Assembly (NCBI GenBank): GCA_035566535.1
Contig: DATMRA010000256.1
Span: 1 to 59,845 of the forward strand
DNA from: Candidatus Acidiferrales bacterium
GTDB lineage: Bacteria > Chloroflexota > Dormibacteria > Aeolococcales > Aeolococcaceae
Length of the DNA stretch: 59,845 bases
Reading direction: 5' to 3'
In this document: in pieces, positions 37,233 through 45,709 of the stretch
How the letters are laid out: each line of letters starts with the position of its first letter
Position numbering within the stretch: the stretch's first letter is position 1
Program-made: the position numbers and the translations under genes
Notes under the pieces: model-generated
Seen by the model: only the letters and a program-made list of their open reading frames with translations
What the model was told of the DNA's origin: nothing
Databases searched by the model: none

Positions 37233-38275
37233 GTGCTGGCGTTGCGCGCGACCACCTGCATGAGTTGGGCCGCGACAGCGTGTGGCGCGAATCTTCCGGC
37301 GCGTTCCGGGTTCACCGTCGCAGCGCGCTGCACATGGTCGGCGTCCAAGGCGCGCAGCAGCGCCGCAGCGAGGGAGTCGATGTCGCCCGGGGTCACCGGC
37401 TCAGCCACCGCTCCCGCGCACATTTCCGGAAGAGCGCCGGCATCCGCGTAGACCACCGGAAGCCCGCTGGCCATCGCTTCCACGACGGCGTAGCCGAATG
37501 TCTCCTGCGCGCTGGGAAGGCAGAACACATCCGCCCGGGCGTAGAACTCGAACAACGCCTCTGGCTCGACATGGCCATGCAGGAAAACTCCCGGAAGGAC
37601 GCGAGCCGGATGTGCCAGCCGGCGCATCTCGGGACCGTCGCCGGCGATGTCGAGTCGCGCACCAGGGCGCTGGGAGACCACCGCCGGCCACGCGCGGATC
37701 AGGTCCGCGATCCGTTTTCGCGCGTAGAGATGCGCGACGCAGAGCACCCGGTTTCCGGCTCGCCGCCGCACCGGAAGTGCAGTGCGCCACGCTGCAGCGT
37801 CAAACGGCTCCGGCACGATGTGGATGCGAGCGCGGTCGACGGCGTAACGTTGTGCCACTGCGGCGGCCGCGAACTGCGACGGCACCACCACCGCTGCCGC
37901 GCGCTGCGCACCGGCTGCTTCCCAGTGCGCGTGCAGGCTCAGCAGGCGCTTGGTGAGCCCGTGCTCATACTCGAGTGCTCCGCCGTACAGCGCTTTGATG
38001 AGCGCCACAAAGGGAGCGCGCCAGCTTTCAGCCCCCATCCAACCGTCGCCGTTGACACCAAGGACGGCGTCGACGTCGAGAAACCGGTGCGACCGCAATG
38101 CGCGGTTGAACGACCAGCGTGCGAATGTCTGGCTTGGCCAGGGCCGGTTCGACCGCACAACCGGAACGACCACGTCCTCGGCGGCGAGCGCCGCGCGCAG
38201 TCGCGCGACCGCCATCGCGGTACCCGAACCACGCGCCACGTCGGCGGATTCCGACGTGAGGAGCACGTATCGCAC
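37229..38275 (-). CDS. GT4 family glycosyltransferase
   Basis: ETFGYAVVEAMASGLPVV E-x7-E motif and a GT-B layout. Confidence 0.8.
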   Translation of the reverse strand: MRYVLLTSESADVARGSGTAMAVARLRAALAAEDVVVPVVRSNRPWPSQTFARWSFNRALRSHRFLDVDAVLGVNGDGWMGAESWRAPFVALIKALYGGALEYEHGLTKRLLSLHAHWEAAGAQRAAAVVVPSQFAAAAVAQRYAVDRARIHIVPEPFDAAAWRTALPVRRRAGNRVLCVAHLYARKRIADLIRAWPAVVSQRPGARLDIAGDGPEMRRLAHPARVLPGVFLHGHVEPEALFEFYARADVFCLPSAQETFGYAVVEAMASGLPVVYADAGALPEMCAGAVAEPVTPGDIDSLAAALLRALDADHVQRAATVNPERAGRFAPHAVAAQLMQVVARNAST

Positions 38276-38326
38276 GCTGCCTAAGTATCCTTAGTCATCC
38301 CGCGACGTGCTGCCCACGGTCGCAAA

Positions 38327-38399
38327 CCCAGGGTAGCCAAGTGGCTAAGGCAGCGGTCTGTAAAACCGTGTATCGATGGTTCGAATCCATCCCCTGGGA
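38327..38399 (+). tRNA. tRNA with GUA anticodon (Tyr), class I (5-nt variable loop), C1-G72, A73, no encoded CCA
   Basis: Hand-folded cloverleaf: CCCAGGG/CCCTGGG acceptor, GCC..GGC D-stem with AGTGG, GCGGT-CTGTAAA-ACCGT anticodon arm, GTATC variable loop, GATGG-TTCGAAT-CCATC T-arm. Confidence 0.75.
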
Positions 38400-38439
38400 C
38401 GCCCCAACAAAACTCGTCGCCTCCGCTCCTCGTTTTGCC

Positions 38440-38648
38440 GGGGGCCCCCTTTTCCCTATAGGGAGAAGGCAGATCCTTCTCCCTCGGCCGCGGGCAAAGC
38501 CCGACGGCCTTCACCCTCATCCTCGGCGCGACTGTAGTCGCGCCGCTGCTCGCTTCGCTCGCATAACCACATGCCGCGGCCGAAACCATAGCGCTCGCGG
38601 GTCGTGAAAAAGCACAGCGCGTAAGCGACCGTCTCGGAGCCGAGACGG
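38440..38648. other. cluster of GC-rich palindromes/hairpins in a 355-nt noncoding tract
   Basis: GGGGGCCCCC+TTTT (38440-38453); palindrome TCCCTATAGGGA (38453-38464); hairpins AGGGAGAAGG/CCTTCTCCCT (38460-38484), GGCGCGAC/GTCGCGCC (38525-38544), CCGTCTCG/CGAGACGG (38629-38648). Confidence 0.6.
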
Positions 38649-38754
38649 ACCGTGGCCGGAGCGCAGGTCGAGGCGAGAGCCAGCGGCGGGGCGGCAGCGC
38701 CGCTCCGACCGCGTGGTCGCTGCAGCGCTGAGCTTTCTCACGACACCGCCACGC

Positions 38755-39798
38755 CTATGGCGTGAGAACAACCTTCATGGCTTCGCGGGATTCGAATAGT
38801 TCGTAGCCGCGCGCGGCGTCGTCCAGTTTCATGCGGTGCGAGATGATCTCGTCGGGATGCGCGCGGCCGGAATCGATCATTTCCAGCGCCTCATCCCAGC
38901 GACCTGGAATGTTGGCCGTGCCGCAGAACTTGAGGTCGACCGCACGCACGAACGTGAGGTTGAGCGCAAACGGGAGGTCCGGATCGCTGTGCGCACCGAT
39001 CACGCTGATGCGACCACCCGGACGTACGATGTCGATCGCATCGAGCAGCGCGGGGACTGTGCCGACACACTCGAGCACTTCGTCCGCGCCCCGACCACCG
39101 GTGACGTCCTGGATATGCGACGGCGCGTGCACTGCGGTGCCGTCGACGGGGATGGCGCCGAAGGTCTGTGCCATCTCGAGGCGCTGCGACACCGTGTCGA
39201 TCGCATAAATCTTCTCGGGTCCGAAGCTCCGGGCGGCGAGAATCGCCATGAGCCCAACGGGGCCGCAGCCCACGACAGCAACCGTGTCCCCCTGGCGAAT
39301 CTGCGCCTCGACTGCGCAGTCGTACCCGGTCGTGAAAATGTCCCCCACGAACAGCGCGTGTTCGTCGGTGAGGTGGGAATGCAATGCGTGAAGAGTGAGA
39401 TCAGCCTTGGGCACGCGCACGTACTCGGCTTGCGCTCCCGCGACATCGCCGAAGAAGGATCCATAGCCGAACACGCGCTGATCGGGACAGCGGCTGAAGA
39501 GCCCCCGGCCGCAGAACCAGCACTGGCCGCAGGGGATGAGGAACGAGCCCACCACCCGGTCGCCCTCGTGAAAGCGCGTCACCTCGGGGCTCACCTGCTC
39601 CACCACGCCAACGAACTCGTGGCCGAGCACGCCGCCCGATGTCATTCCGGGGATGCGGCCATGGAGGACGTGGAGGTCACTTCCGCAGATGGCGCTCATG
39701 GTCACCCGCACCAATGCGTCGCCCGGTTCCTCCAGCTTCGGCTTGGGAACGTCCTCCACTCCGACCGAGCCGAAGTCCTTGAACACCAGGGCTCGCAT
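38755..39798 (-). CDS. zinc-dependent alcohol dehydrogenase
   Basis: CGSDLH, GHEFVG, CGQCWFCGRG structural-Zn loop and GCGPVG Rossmann motif. Confidence 0.88.
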   Translation of the reverse strand: MRALVFKDFGSVGVEDVPKPKLEEPGDALVRVTMSAICGSDLHVLHGRIPGMTSGGVLGHEFVGVVEQVSPEVTRFHEGDRVVGSFLIPCGQCWFCGRGLFSRCPDQRVFGYGSFFGDVAGAQAEYVRVPKADLTLHALHSHLTDEHALFVGDIFTTGYDCAVEAQIRQGDTVAVVGCGPVGLMAILAARSFGPEKIYAIDTVSQRLEMAQTFGAIPVDGTAVHAPSHIQDVTGGRGADEVLECVGTVPALLDAIDIVRPGGRISVIGAHSDPDLPFALNLTFVRAVDLKFCGTANIPGRWDEALEMIDSGRAHPDEIISHRMKLDDAARGYELFESREAMKVVLTP

Positions 39799-40151
39799 CA
39801 GCCGCCTCCAATCTCCATCTGCTCTCCCGACGGCTGGCGGGGCGAGCTCTTCGCCTGCTCTCCCTCCTCTTCGGCGGCATGCCGCTGGGCCATGCGGTCG
39901 CGCAACTCATCCTCCAGATCCCCGCTGCGCTCGACGTCGCGCATCAACCAGAATGGAATGCGCTCCGGCTCGCCCGCCAAGGCAGCCTTCGCTTGAGCCT
40001 CGAGGAAGGCGCGCAGCGCCGAATCGACCGCAACATCCAGAGCGCTGCCACCCGCCGTCAGCTGCACCGCGACATCAGCGTCCACGATCACGCTGTTGGC
40101 GGGCGCCGGCGGCGGCGGTTTCGAACCGAAGAGGCGGCCGAGCCACGACAT
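39798..40151 (-). CDS. hypothetical protein
   Basis: Track ORF. Stop overlaps the ADH start (TGATG). Acidic C-terminus. Confidence 0.45.
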   Translation of the reverse strand: MSWLGRLFGSKPPPPAPANSVIVDADVAVQLTAGGSALDVAVDSALRAFLEAQAKAALAGEPERIPFWLMRDVERSGDLEDELRDRMAQRHAAEEEGEQAKSSPRQPSGEQMEIGGG

Positions 40152-40216
40152 TTGGGCAAGTCTACGCAGCCGCGATGGTCCGCACGATGGGCCCAGGCCC
40201 GCGCTACCGTAGGCGC

Positions 40217-40819
40217 ATGGCCACGTCCGCTACGAAACCGCGCATGCAATGGACCGGTGACCCCGAAGCCGACCGTCTTGTCAGCGAGGATCCTGTCGCG
40301 CTGCTCATCGGCTTCTGCCTGGACCAGCAGGTCCCCGTCGAGTGGGCGTTCATGGGTCCGCTGCGAGTGCGCGAACGGCTTGGCACGCTTGACCCAACGC
40401 GCATCGCGCGCATGGACGCCGCGAAGGTCGAAGCCGCCTTCCGGACACCTCCGGCGCTGCACCGCTACCCCGCGAGCATGGCGCGGCGCGTCCAGGCCCT
40501 GTGCGGGATCGTCGCCAGCGAGTATGGAGGCGACGCGTCACGCATCTGGCGCGACGCGACCGACGCCAAAGACCTGCAGCGCCGCTTCGCGGCCCTCCCC
40601 GGCTTCGGGCCGTTGAAGGCCCGCATCATGGTCGGCGTGGTCGCCAAGCAGCTTGGCGTGAAGCCCGCTGGATGGAAGCAGGTCATGCCGGACTACCCGA
40701 CGCTCGCCGACGTCCACACTGTTAAGCAACGCGAGGCGTATCAGACGCAGAAGCGCGCCCACAAGGCGGCGATGCGTGCCCAGTCGGCGGAGGCGGATAC
40801 GAAACGTGCCCGGAGCTGA
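40217..40819 (+). CDS. HhH-GPD-type base-excision-repair-like protein
   Basis: ATG 40217 inside track ORF 39653..40819. LPGFGPLKARIMV helix-hairpin-helix-like segment. Family recalled from overall pattern only. Confidence 0.6.
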   Translation: MATSATKPRMQWTGDPEADRLVSEDPVALLIGFCLDQQVPVEWAFMGPLRVRERLGTLDPTRIARMDAAKVEAAFRTPPALHRYPASMARRVQALCGIVASEYGGDASRIWRDATDAKDLQRRFAALPGFGPLKARIMVGVVAKQLGVKPAGWKQVMPDYPTLADVHTVKQREAYQTQKRAHKAAMRAQSAEADTKRARS

Positions 40820-41459
40820 CATAGCAGTCGTCGAAGACGGCGACGTGCGCATCGTGAAGATCGGGCCGATGGGGCCCTACAACAACAATGCGTACATCGT
40901 TCGCGACGTTGCCGCCGCCCAGTCGCTGCTCGTCGACATGCCGCTGGAGGAGTCGCCGCTGCTCGAGGCCATTGCAGCCGAGGGTGGTGTTGGCACGGTG
41001 ATTGCGACGCACTGGCATGGCGACCACTGGATGACGTACGACGCGGTGCGGGCGGCGACGGGCGCGCCCGTCCTCGTGGGCAGTGCCGAGATCAAGATTC
41101 CCGAAGAGCGCATCGACGGAAGGCTCGACGATGGGGCCGAGGTCAGCGTCGGCAGCGTCCGAATCACCGTCATTCACACACCGGGACATACGCCGGGGAG
41201 CATCTCGTTGCGCGTCGGGCGCGCCGTGATCAGCGGGGACACGCTCTTCGACGGCGGTCCGGGCAAGACGTTTGCCTCCGGTGACCTCGAGGCGGTGCTC
41301 GCCAGCATTCAGGCGAAGCTGCTCCCGCTACCGGGTGACACGGTGGTGCTCCCCGGCCACGGCGCGAACACGACCATCGCGGAGAGCCGCGAAGGTATCC
41401 AGGAGTACCTCAAGCATCCGAAGCCGGCCGGGTTCTACGGGGACGTCACCTGGCGGTAG
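40806..41459 (+). CDS. MBL-fold metallo-hydrolase
   Basis: THWHGDHW (HxHxDH-type) and HTPGHTPGS motifs. Start uncertain (GTG 40806 or ATG 40776). Confidence 0.8.
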   Translation: MPGADIAVVEDGDVRIVKIGPMGPYNNNAYIVRDVAAAQSLLVDMPLEESPLLEAIAAEGGVGTVIATHWHGDHWMTYDAVRAATGAPVLVGSAEIKIPEERIDGRLDDGAEVSVGSVRITVIHTPGHTPGSISLRVGRAVISGDTLFDGGPGKTFASGDLEAVLASIQAKLLPLPGDTVVLPGHGANTTIAESREGIQEYLKHPKPAGFYGDVTWR

Positions 41460-41477
41460 GGCAGCCCAGGTTCGAAT

Positions 41478-41501
41478 GTCAAGTGTCGCTTGACACTTGA
41501 C
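41478..41501. promoter_or_regulatory. inverted repeat GTCAAGTGTC-gctt-GACACTTGAC, likely MerR operator overlapping a TTGACA -35
   Basis: Perfect 10-bp arms, 25 nt upstream of the merR-family ATG 41526. Confidence 0.5.
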
Positions 41502-41525
41502 GCGGCGGGATGGAATATCTCCGCC

Positions 41526-42233
41526 ATGGCATTTCCCTACCGCATGCGGGACCTGGTCCGGCTGACGGGCGTGGGCGCGCCGACCATCCACTTTTACGCT
41601 CAGCAGGGTTTGCTGCCGGCGCCCCGCAAGACCGCGGGCAACCAGGCCGCATACCCGGAGAGCACCGTGGGGCGCCTCCGGTGGATCCGGTCGCTGCAGA
41701 CCGAGCTGCGACTTTCACTGCGCAGCATCGGATCGACCCTTGAGCGCTGGGGCGAGCTGCCGGTTGAAGAGATCCGAGCCCTGCAGGCGCTGGGCAGCCT
41801 GCTCGACGCACCCGACCCGGCCGCATCCGGCGACGAGCTCGCCGCCGTGCGAGCGCGGCTCGACGCCTGCGACTTCGACGCGCTGGTACGGCTCGGCATC
41901 GTCCAGCCGGGTGCCGTGTCGAGCAGCGACCTTCGTCTGCTCGAGCTCGTCGCCGCGATGCGCGCGGCAGGCTTCACCGAAGATGCCGGCTTCAACATCG
42001 AAAGCCTCGCCGTCTACCGCGACGCTGTTGAACGGCTCGTCACTGACGAGCTCTCACGCATCGTCGAGCCGGTGCTCAACCGCCACGACACCGAGACGCT
42101 TCGCGACCTCGTCAACAGCGGCCTGCCGCTCGCCAACCAGTTGCTGTCGATGCTGCACCACCGCGCCGTGCAGAGCGAGCTGCAGCGCTGGCTCGACGTC
42201 GAACCCGTTGATCAAAACGTGAACACAGCCTGA
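41526..42233 (+). CDS. MerR family transcriptional regulator
   Basis: N-terminal HTH YRMRDLVRLTGVGAPTIHFYAQQGLL followed by a long helical C-terminal domain. Confidence 0.85.
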   Translation: MAFPYRMRDLVRLTGVGAPTIHFYAQQGLLPAPRKTAGNQAAYPESTVGRLRWIRSLQTELRLSLRSIGSTLERWGELPVEEIRALQALGSLLDAPDPAASGDELAAVRARLDACDFDALVRLGIVQPGAVSSSDLRLLELVAAMRAAGFTEDAGFNIESLAVYRDAVERLVTDELSRIVEPVLNRHDTETLRDLVNSGLPLANQLLSMLHHRAVQSELQRWLDVEPVDQNVNTA

Positions 42234-42261
42234 GCCAGAAAGGAAAGGAGTTGAACGTCAC

Positions 42262-43338
42262 ATGAGCACACGCGTGTACACCCTGCCTGTCGAGCAGACC
42301 CGCTGGCAGGTTGCCGGCGGTGGTGAGACTGTCTTCACGTGGGAGTACGACGAGGGCCGCGACAAGCTGCTCAACCTGTACGAAAAAGGCAAGAGCAAGC
42401 AATGGAACAGTCGCGAGCGCATCGATTGGTCGACGCCCGTCGACCTCGACAACCCCATCGGCGGTCCCGAGGCGTACGTCCCAATCTACGGCTCCGACAT
42501 CTGGGAGAAGATGGGCCAGCAGGATCGCAATCAGCTGTTCCACCACATGGCGTCGTGGCAGTTCTCACAGTTCCTGCACGGCGAGCAGGGTGCGCTCATC
42601 TGCGCGTCGAAGATCGTGCAGACGGTGCCTGACATCGACAGCAAGTTCTACGCGGCGACGCAGGTCGTGGACGAGGCCCGTCACGTCGAAACGTATTCAC
42701 GCTTCCTGCACGAGAAGCTCGAGCTCGCCTACCCGATCAATCAACACCTCAAGGCGTTGCTCGACGATGTCGTCGGCGACTCGCGATGGGACATGACCTA
42801 CCTCGGCATGCAGGTCCTCATCGAAGGACTCGCTCTCGCAGCATTCGGCCTCATCCGAGATATCGCTGAAAATCCGTTGGCTCGCGCGGTCAATGCATAC
42901 GTGATGGAGGACGAAGCGCGCCATGTCGCGTTCGGGCGGCTGGCACTTCGCGACTTCTACCCTCAGCTGACCGAGAGGGAGCGCAGCGAGCGCGAGGAGT
43001 TCTGCGTCGAGGCCTGCTACCTGATGCGCGACCGCTTTCTCGCTGAGGAGCTCTGGGGGAACCTGGGCCTGCCGGTCGACGAATGCCTGAGATTCGTCCG
43101 CAACTCGGAGGCCCAGCTCCAATTCCGGAGCCTGCTGTTCACCCGCATCGTGCCGACTCTCAAGGACATCGGCCTCTTTGGCACCAAGGTGCGGCGAGCG
43201 TTCGCCGACATGGAGGTCCTCGGCTACAGCGACGTCGACCTGGACACCGTCATGGCTGACGACGAGCGAGCTGCCGGCGAGATCGACGCCGCTCGCCGGC
43301 AGCAGGTCGCGGACACGATCGCCGTCGCGACCGCGTGA
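42262..43338 (+). CDS. ferritin-like diiron oxygenase family protein
   Basis: Repeated E..(D/E)EARH ligand pairs: HGEQGA, VDEARHVE, IEGLALA, EDEARHVAFG. Confidence 0.7.
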   Translation: MSTRVYTLPVEQTRWQVAGGGETVFTWEYDEGRDKLLNLYEKGKSKQWNSRERIDWSTPVDLDNPIGGPEAYVPIYGSDIWEKMGQQDRNQLFHHMASWQFSQFLHGEQGALICASKIVQTVPDIDSKFYAATQVVDEARHVETYSRFLHEKLELAYPINQHLKALLDDVVGDSRWDMTYLGMQVLIEGLALAAFGLIRDIAENPLARAVNAYVMEDEARHVAFGRLALRDFYPQLTERERSEREEFCVEACYLMRDRFLAEELWGNLGLPVDECLRFVRNSEAQLQFRSLLFTRIVPTLKDIGLFGTKVRRAFADMEVLGYSDVDLDTVMADDERAAGEIDAARRQQVADTIAVATA

Positions 43339-43345
43339 GACTGCT

Positions 43346-43513
43346 TTAACTCTGCGCCGTGCCGTCGGTGTGGGCCGCGTGGCCGCCTCGCCCAAGCCGG
43401 CGCTCACGCTTGGCCTGGCGCCGCGCCTGCTTGCGCGCCGTCCGCATCATGGCCGCCCGCATGTGCTCCTGCTCTGCCACGTGGGCCATCTCGAGTAGTT
43501 GCAAACCGAACAT
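43346..43513 (-). CDS. small basic protein (55 aa)
   Basis: ATG 43513 is preceded by AGGAGG at optimal spacing (aggaggtaaagaaATG). Helical, Arg/Lys-rich. Confidence 0.45.
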   Translation of the reverse strand: MFGLQLLEMAHVAEQEHMRAAMMRTARKQARRQAKRERRLGRGGHAAHTDGTAQS

Positions 43514-43635
43514 TTCTTTACCTCCTATTGTCACCGTCTAAGGTGTTTTGATGGTTGTATCTTACCGCGCCGTTGGATCACCTGTCAAGAGGGTATACTG
43601 GTGACGGTTACCGCAAAGGAGACCGCCACAAAGCC

Positions 43636-44199
43636 ATGACCGAAACAGAGTCACGACGCCCGGCGCCAGGGACTCTCGCCCTCGTCGAGCAATTCATCAA
43701 CTCGCGGGAAATGCCCGATGGCGATGACGAGCTGGCCTCGCCTGATCAGGCAGCCGGCTGGCTTCGGTCGCAAGGCAGCGAAGCCGAAAGGCTGTCCGAC
43801 CGCGATCTGCGCCGGCTGACGGCAACTCGCGAAGGGCTGCGCGATCTCCTGGAGGCACACACAGGGGAAAACGTCGATCCAGGTGTCGCCGTGAGATTGC
43901 AGAAGCTGCTCGGCGGTGCCTCGCTGCGACCGATGCTCTCGGCCCACGGCGCGAGCTTGGTTGCAGGCGCTCAGGGCGTGGACGGATTCCTGGGCCGGCT
44001 CTCCGCGGCAATCATCGAAGCCACGCTGACGGGCACGTGGGAGCGCCTCAAGGTCTGCCGCAGGGATCAGTGCCGATGGGCCTACTACGACCACTCGAAA
44101 AACGGAAGCGGCGCGTGGTGTTCGATGCGAACCTGCGGCACGCGAGAGAAGGCGCGGGCCTACCGGGCTCGACAGCGCGACCCAAGCGCCACCGGCTAA
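43636..44199 (+). CDS. CGNR zinc-finger (ABATE-domain) protein
   Basis: ATG 43636 with AAGGAG upstream. C-terminal CRRDQCRWAYYDHSKNGSGAWCSMRTCGTREKARAYR. Confidence 0.8.
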   Translation: MTETESRRPAPGTLALVEQFINSREMPDGDDELASPDQAAGWLRSQGSEAERLSDRDLRRLTATREGLRDLLEAHTGENVDPGVAVRLQKLLGGASLRPMLSAHGASLVAGAQGVDGFLGRLSAAIIEATLTGTWERLKVCRRDQCRWAYYDHSKNGSGAWCSMRTCGTREKARAYRARQRDPSATG

Positions 44200-44984
44200 C
44201 CCTCGAAGGGCCAGCGCGGCGCGCCCAGCTCCCGCGAGACGCCGCGTGCGGCCTCGATGACCGCAGGGGGCAGACCGCGGGCCGGTCCGCGAGGAAAGAT
44301 CCGCTCGCTCTCCCCCACCGCCCCGATCGCGCCCACGGCGCGTCCGGTGCGATCGAAGATGGGCGAAGCGATGCTCGACTCGCCGAGCACCGCCTCATCG
44401 CGCTCGGTGGCGAAACCCTCCGCCCGGATGGTCGCCAGCTGAGCACGCAGCGCTGGAGCCGCCAGAGTGCGCTTGGTGAGGCGGGGTAGCTTCTCGTTGA
44501 GCAGATCGTCGATGGCATCCTTCGTGGCGAACGCCAGTAACGCTTTGCCGACCGCGCTGGCATGCAGCGGCAGCTCAGAGCCGACCTCCAGGATCTGCAG
44601 CGTCGCGTCGGGCCGGAAGACGTGGTGCACCACCACGGCGGCGGGCCCATGCATCACCCCCACCCGCACGGAGGTGTTCGTCCGTACCGCAAGCCGCTCC
44701 GCGTACGCGATGGACCGTGCGCGCAGCTCATTGACGTCGAGGTACGAGTAGCCCAGCTGGAGTAGCCCGGCGCCCAACTGGTACTTCTCGGATACCCGGT
44801 CCTGTTCAACGAACCCGTGGACCAGGAGCGTCTGCAGCAGCCCGTGCACCGTCGGCCTGGCCAGCCCGAGCCGGTCGGCCAGCTCGCTGACCCCGAGCCG
44901 CCCTGGACCACCCGCCAGCGCCTTGAGAATGGCAGCCGCCCGGTTGATCGACTGGATCGTGGTGCGCCGCTCGGTATTCGGCAT
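44196..44984 (-). CDS. IclR family transcriptional regulator
   Basis: wHTH (LGVSELADRLGLARPTVHGLLQTL) plus an IclR effector domain. Confidence 0.88.
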   Translation of the reverse strand: MPNTERRTTIQSINRAAAILKALAGGPGRLGVSELADRLGLARPTVHGLLQTLLVHGFVEQDRVSEKYQLGAGLLQLGYSYLDVNELRARSIAYAERLAVRTNTSVRVGVMHGPAAVVVHHVFRPDATLQILEVGSELPLHASAVGKALLAFATKDAIDDLLNEKLPRLTKRTLAAPALRAQLATIRAEGFATERDEAVLGESSIASPIFDRTGRAVGAIGAVGESERIFPRGPARGLPPAVIEAARGVSRELGAPRWPFEG

Positions 44985-45056
44985 TGCTGAATTATGGTCG
45001 AGGATGTAGACTTGGCCGCACGGCGCGGAGGTCGCGCCGGGTCAGCGAGGAACACC

Positions 45057-45443
45057 GTGGCCGTAGGGATTGTACTGGTGTCGCACAGCCCGGAACTCGC
45101 GTCTGGGCTGGCCGCACTTGTGGCGCAGGTGGCCGGCCCTGACGTCCCGATCGAGCCTGCGGGAGGCACCTCCGACGGACGCCTGGGCACCAGCGACGCA
45201 CGCGTCGAGGAAGCCATCGCGCGAGCCGAACGCGGCTCTGGGGTGGTGATCCTCGGGGACCTCGGCAGCGCCATCCTCACGGTGCGCCAGCTGCTCGAGA
45301 CCAACGGGAACGGGCACACCCGTCTGGTCGATGCTCCGTTCGTCGAGGGTGCTGTCGCCGCGGCGGTGACGGCCTCAGGCGGAGCCACGCTCGACGAAGT
45401 CGCTCGGGCGGCTGAGGATGCGCGCGATGCTCGCAAGCTCTGA
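45057..45443 (+). CDS. dhaM: dihydroxyacetone kinase phosphotransfer subunit DhaM (EIIA-Man-like domain only)
   Basis: GTG 45057 with GAGGA upstream. GIVLVSHS phospho-His region and LGTS/GDLGSA motifs. Confidence 0.8.
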   Translation: MAVGIVLVSHSPELASGLAALVAQVAGPDVPIEPAGGTSDGRLGTSDARVEEAIARAERGSGVVILGDLGSAILTVRQLLETNGNGHTRLVDAPFVEGAVAAAVTASGGATLDEVARAAEDARDARKL

Positions 45444-45696
45444 GGCCCGCGTCACGCTCCCCGACGGGGTCGCGCTGCACGCACGTCCCGCAGCGATATT
45501 CGTGCGTACAGCGATGAAATACAAGGCGCGCATCAGCGTCGTCGTCAACGATCGCGAGGCGGATGCGAAGAGCATCCTCAGCGTCCTCGCCCTCGGCGCC
45601 CGGGCCGGCACCACGCTCCGTCTCGTGGCGGAGGGCGAGGACGCCCGCGACGCCGTCGATGCTCTCACCTCCTCGGTCACCAGCCTCACGGAGTAG
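45418..45696 (+). CDS. HPr family phosphocarrier protein
   Basis: GVALHARPAA active-site His region. ATG 45427 is a plausible alternative start. Confidence 0.85.
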   Translation: MRAMLASSEARVTLPDGVALHARPAAIFVRTAMKYKARISVVVNDREADAKSILSVLALGARAGTTLRLVAEGEDARDAVDALTSSVTSLTE

Positions 45697-45709
45697 CCAA
45701 GCCGCCGGC

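Noticed and set aside
38341-38607. 88-aa ORF starting inside the tRNA gene
   Set aside because: Overlaps a well-folded tRNA and runs through palindromic noncoding DNA. Composition is implausible.
18252-38648. Possible relatedness of the tdh-kbl element and the tRNA-adjacent tract (shared words CCGAAACCA(C/T) and AGCACA(C/G)CGC)
   Set aside because: Only short words match, in a different order. This cannot be distinguished from chance in GC-rich DNA without an alignment or genome-wide search.
38275-38755. Genomic island or prophage integrated at the tRNA
   Set aside because: No integrase, no attL/attR-like duplication of the tRNA 3' end, and no phage or IS genes on either side. Flanking genes are ordinary metabolic genes.
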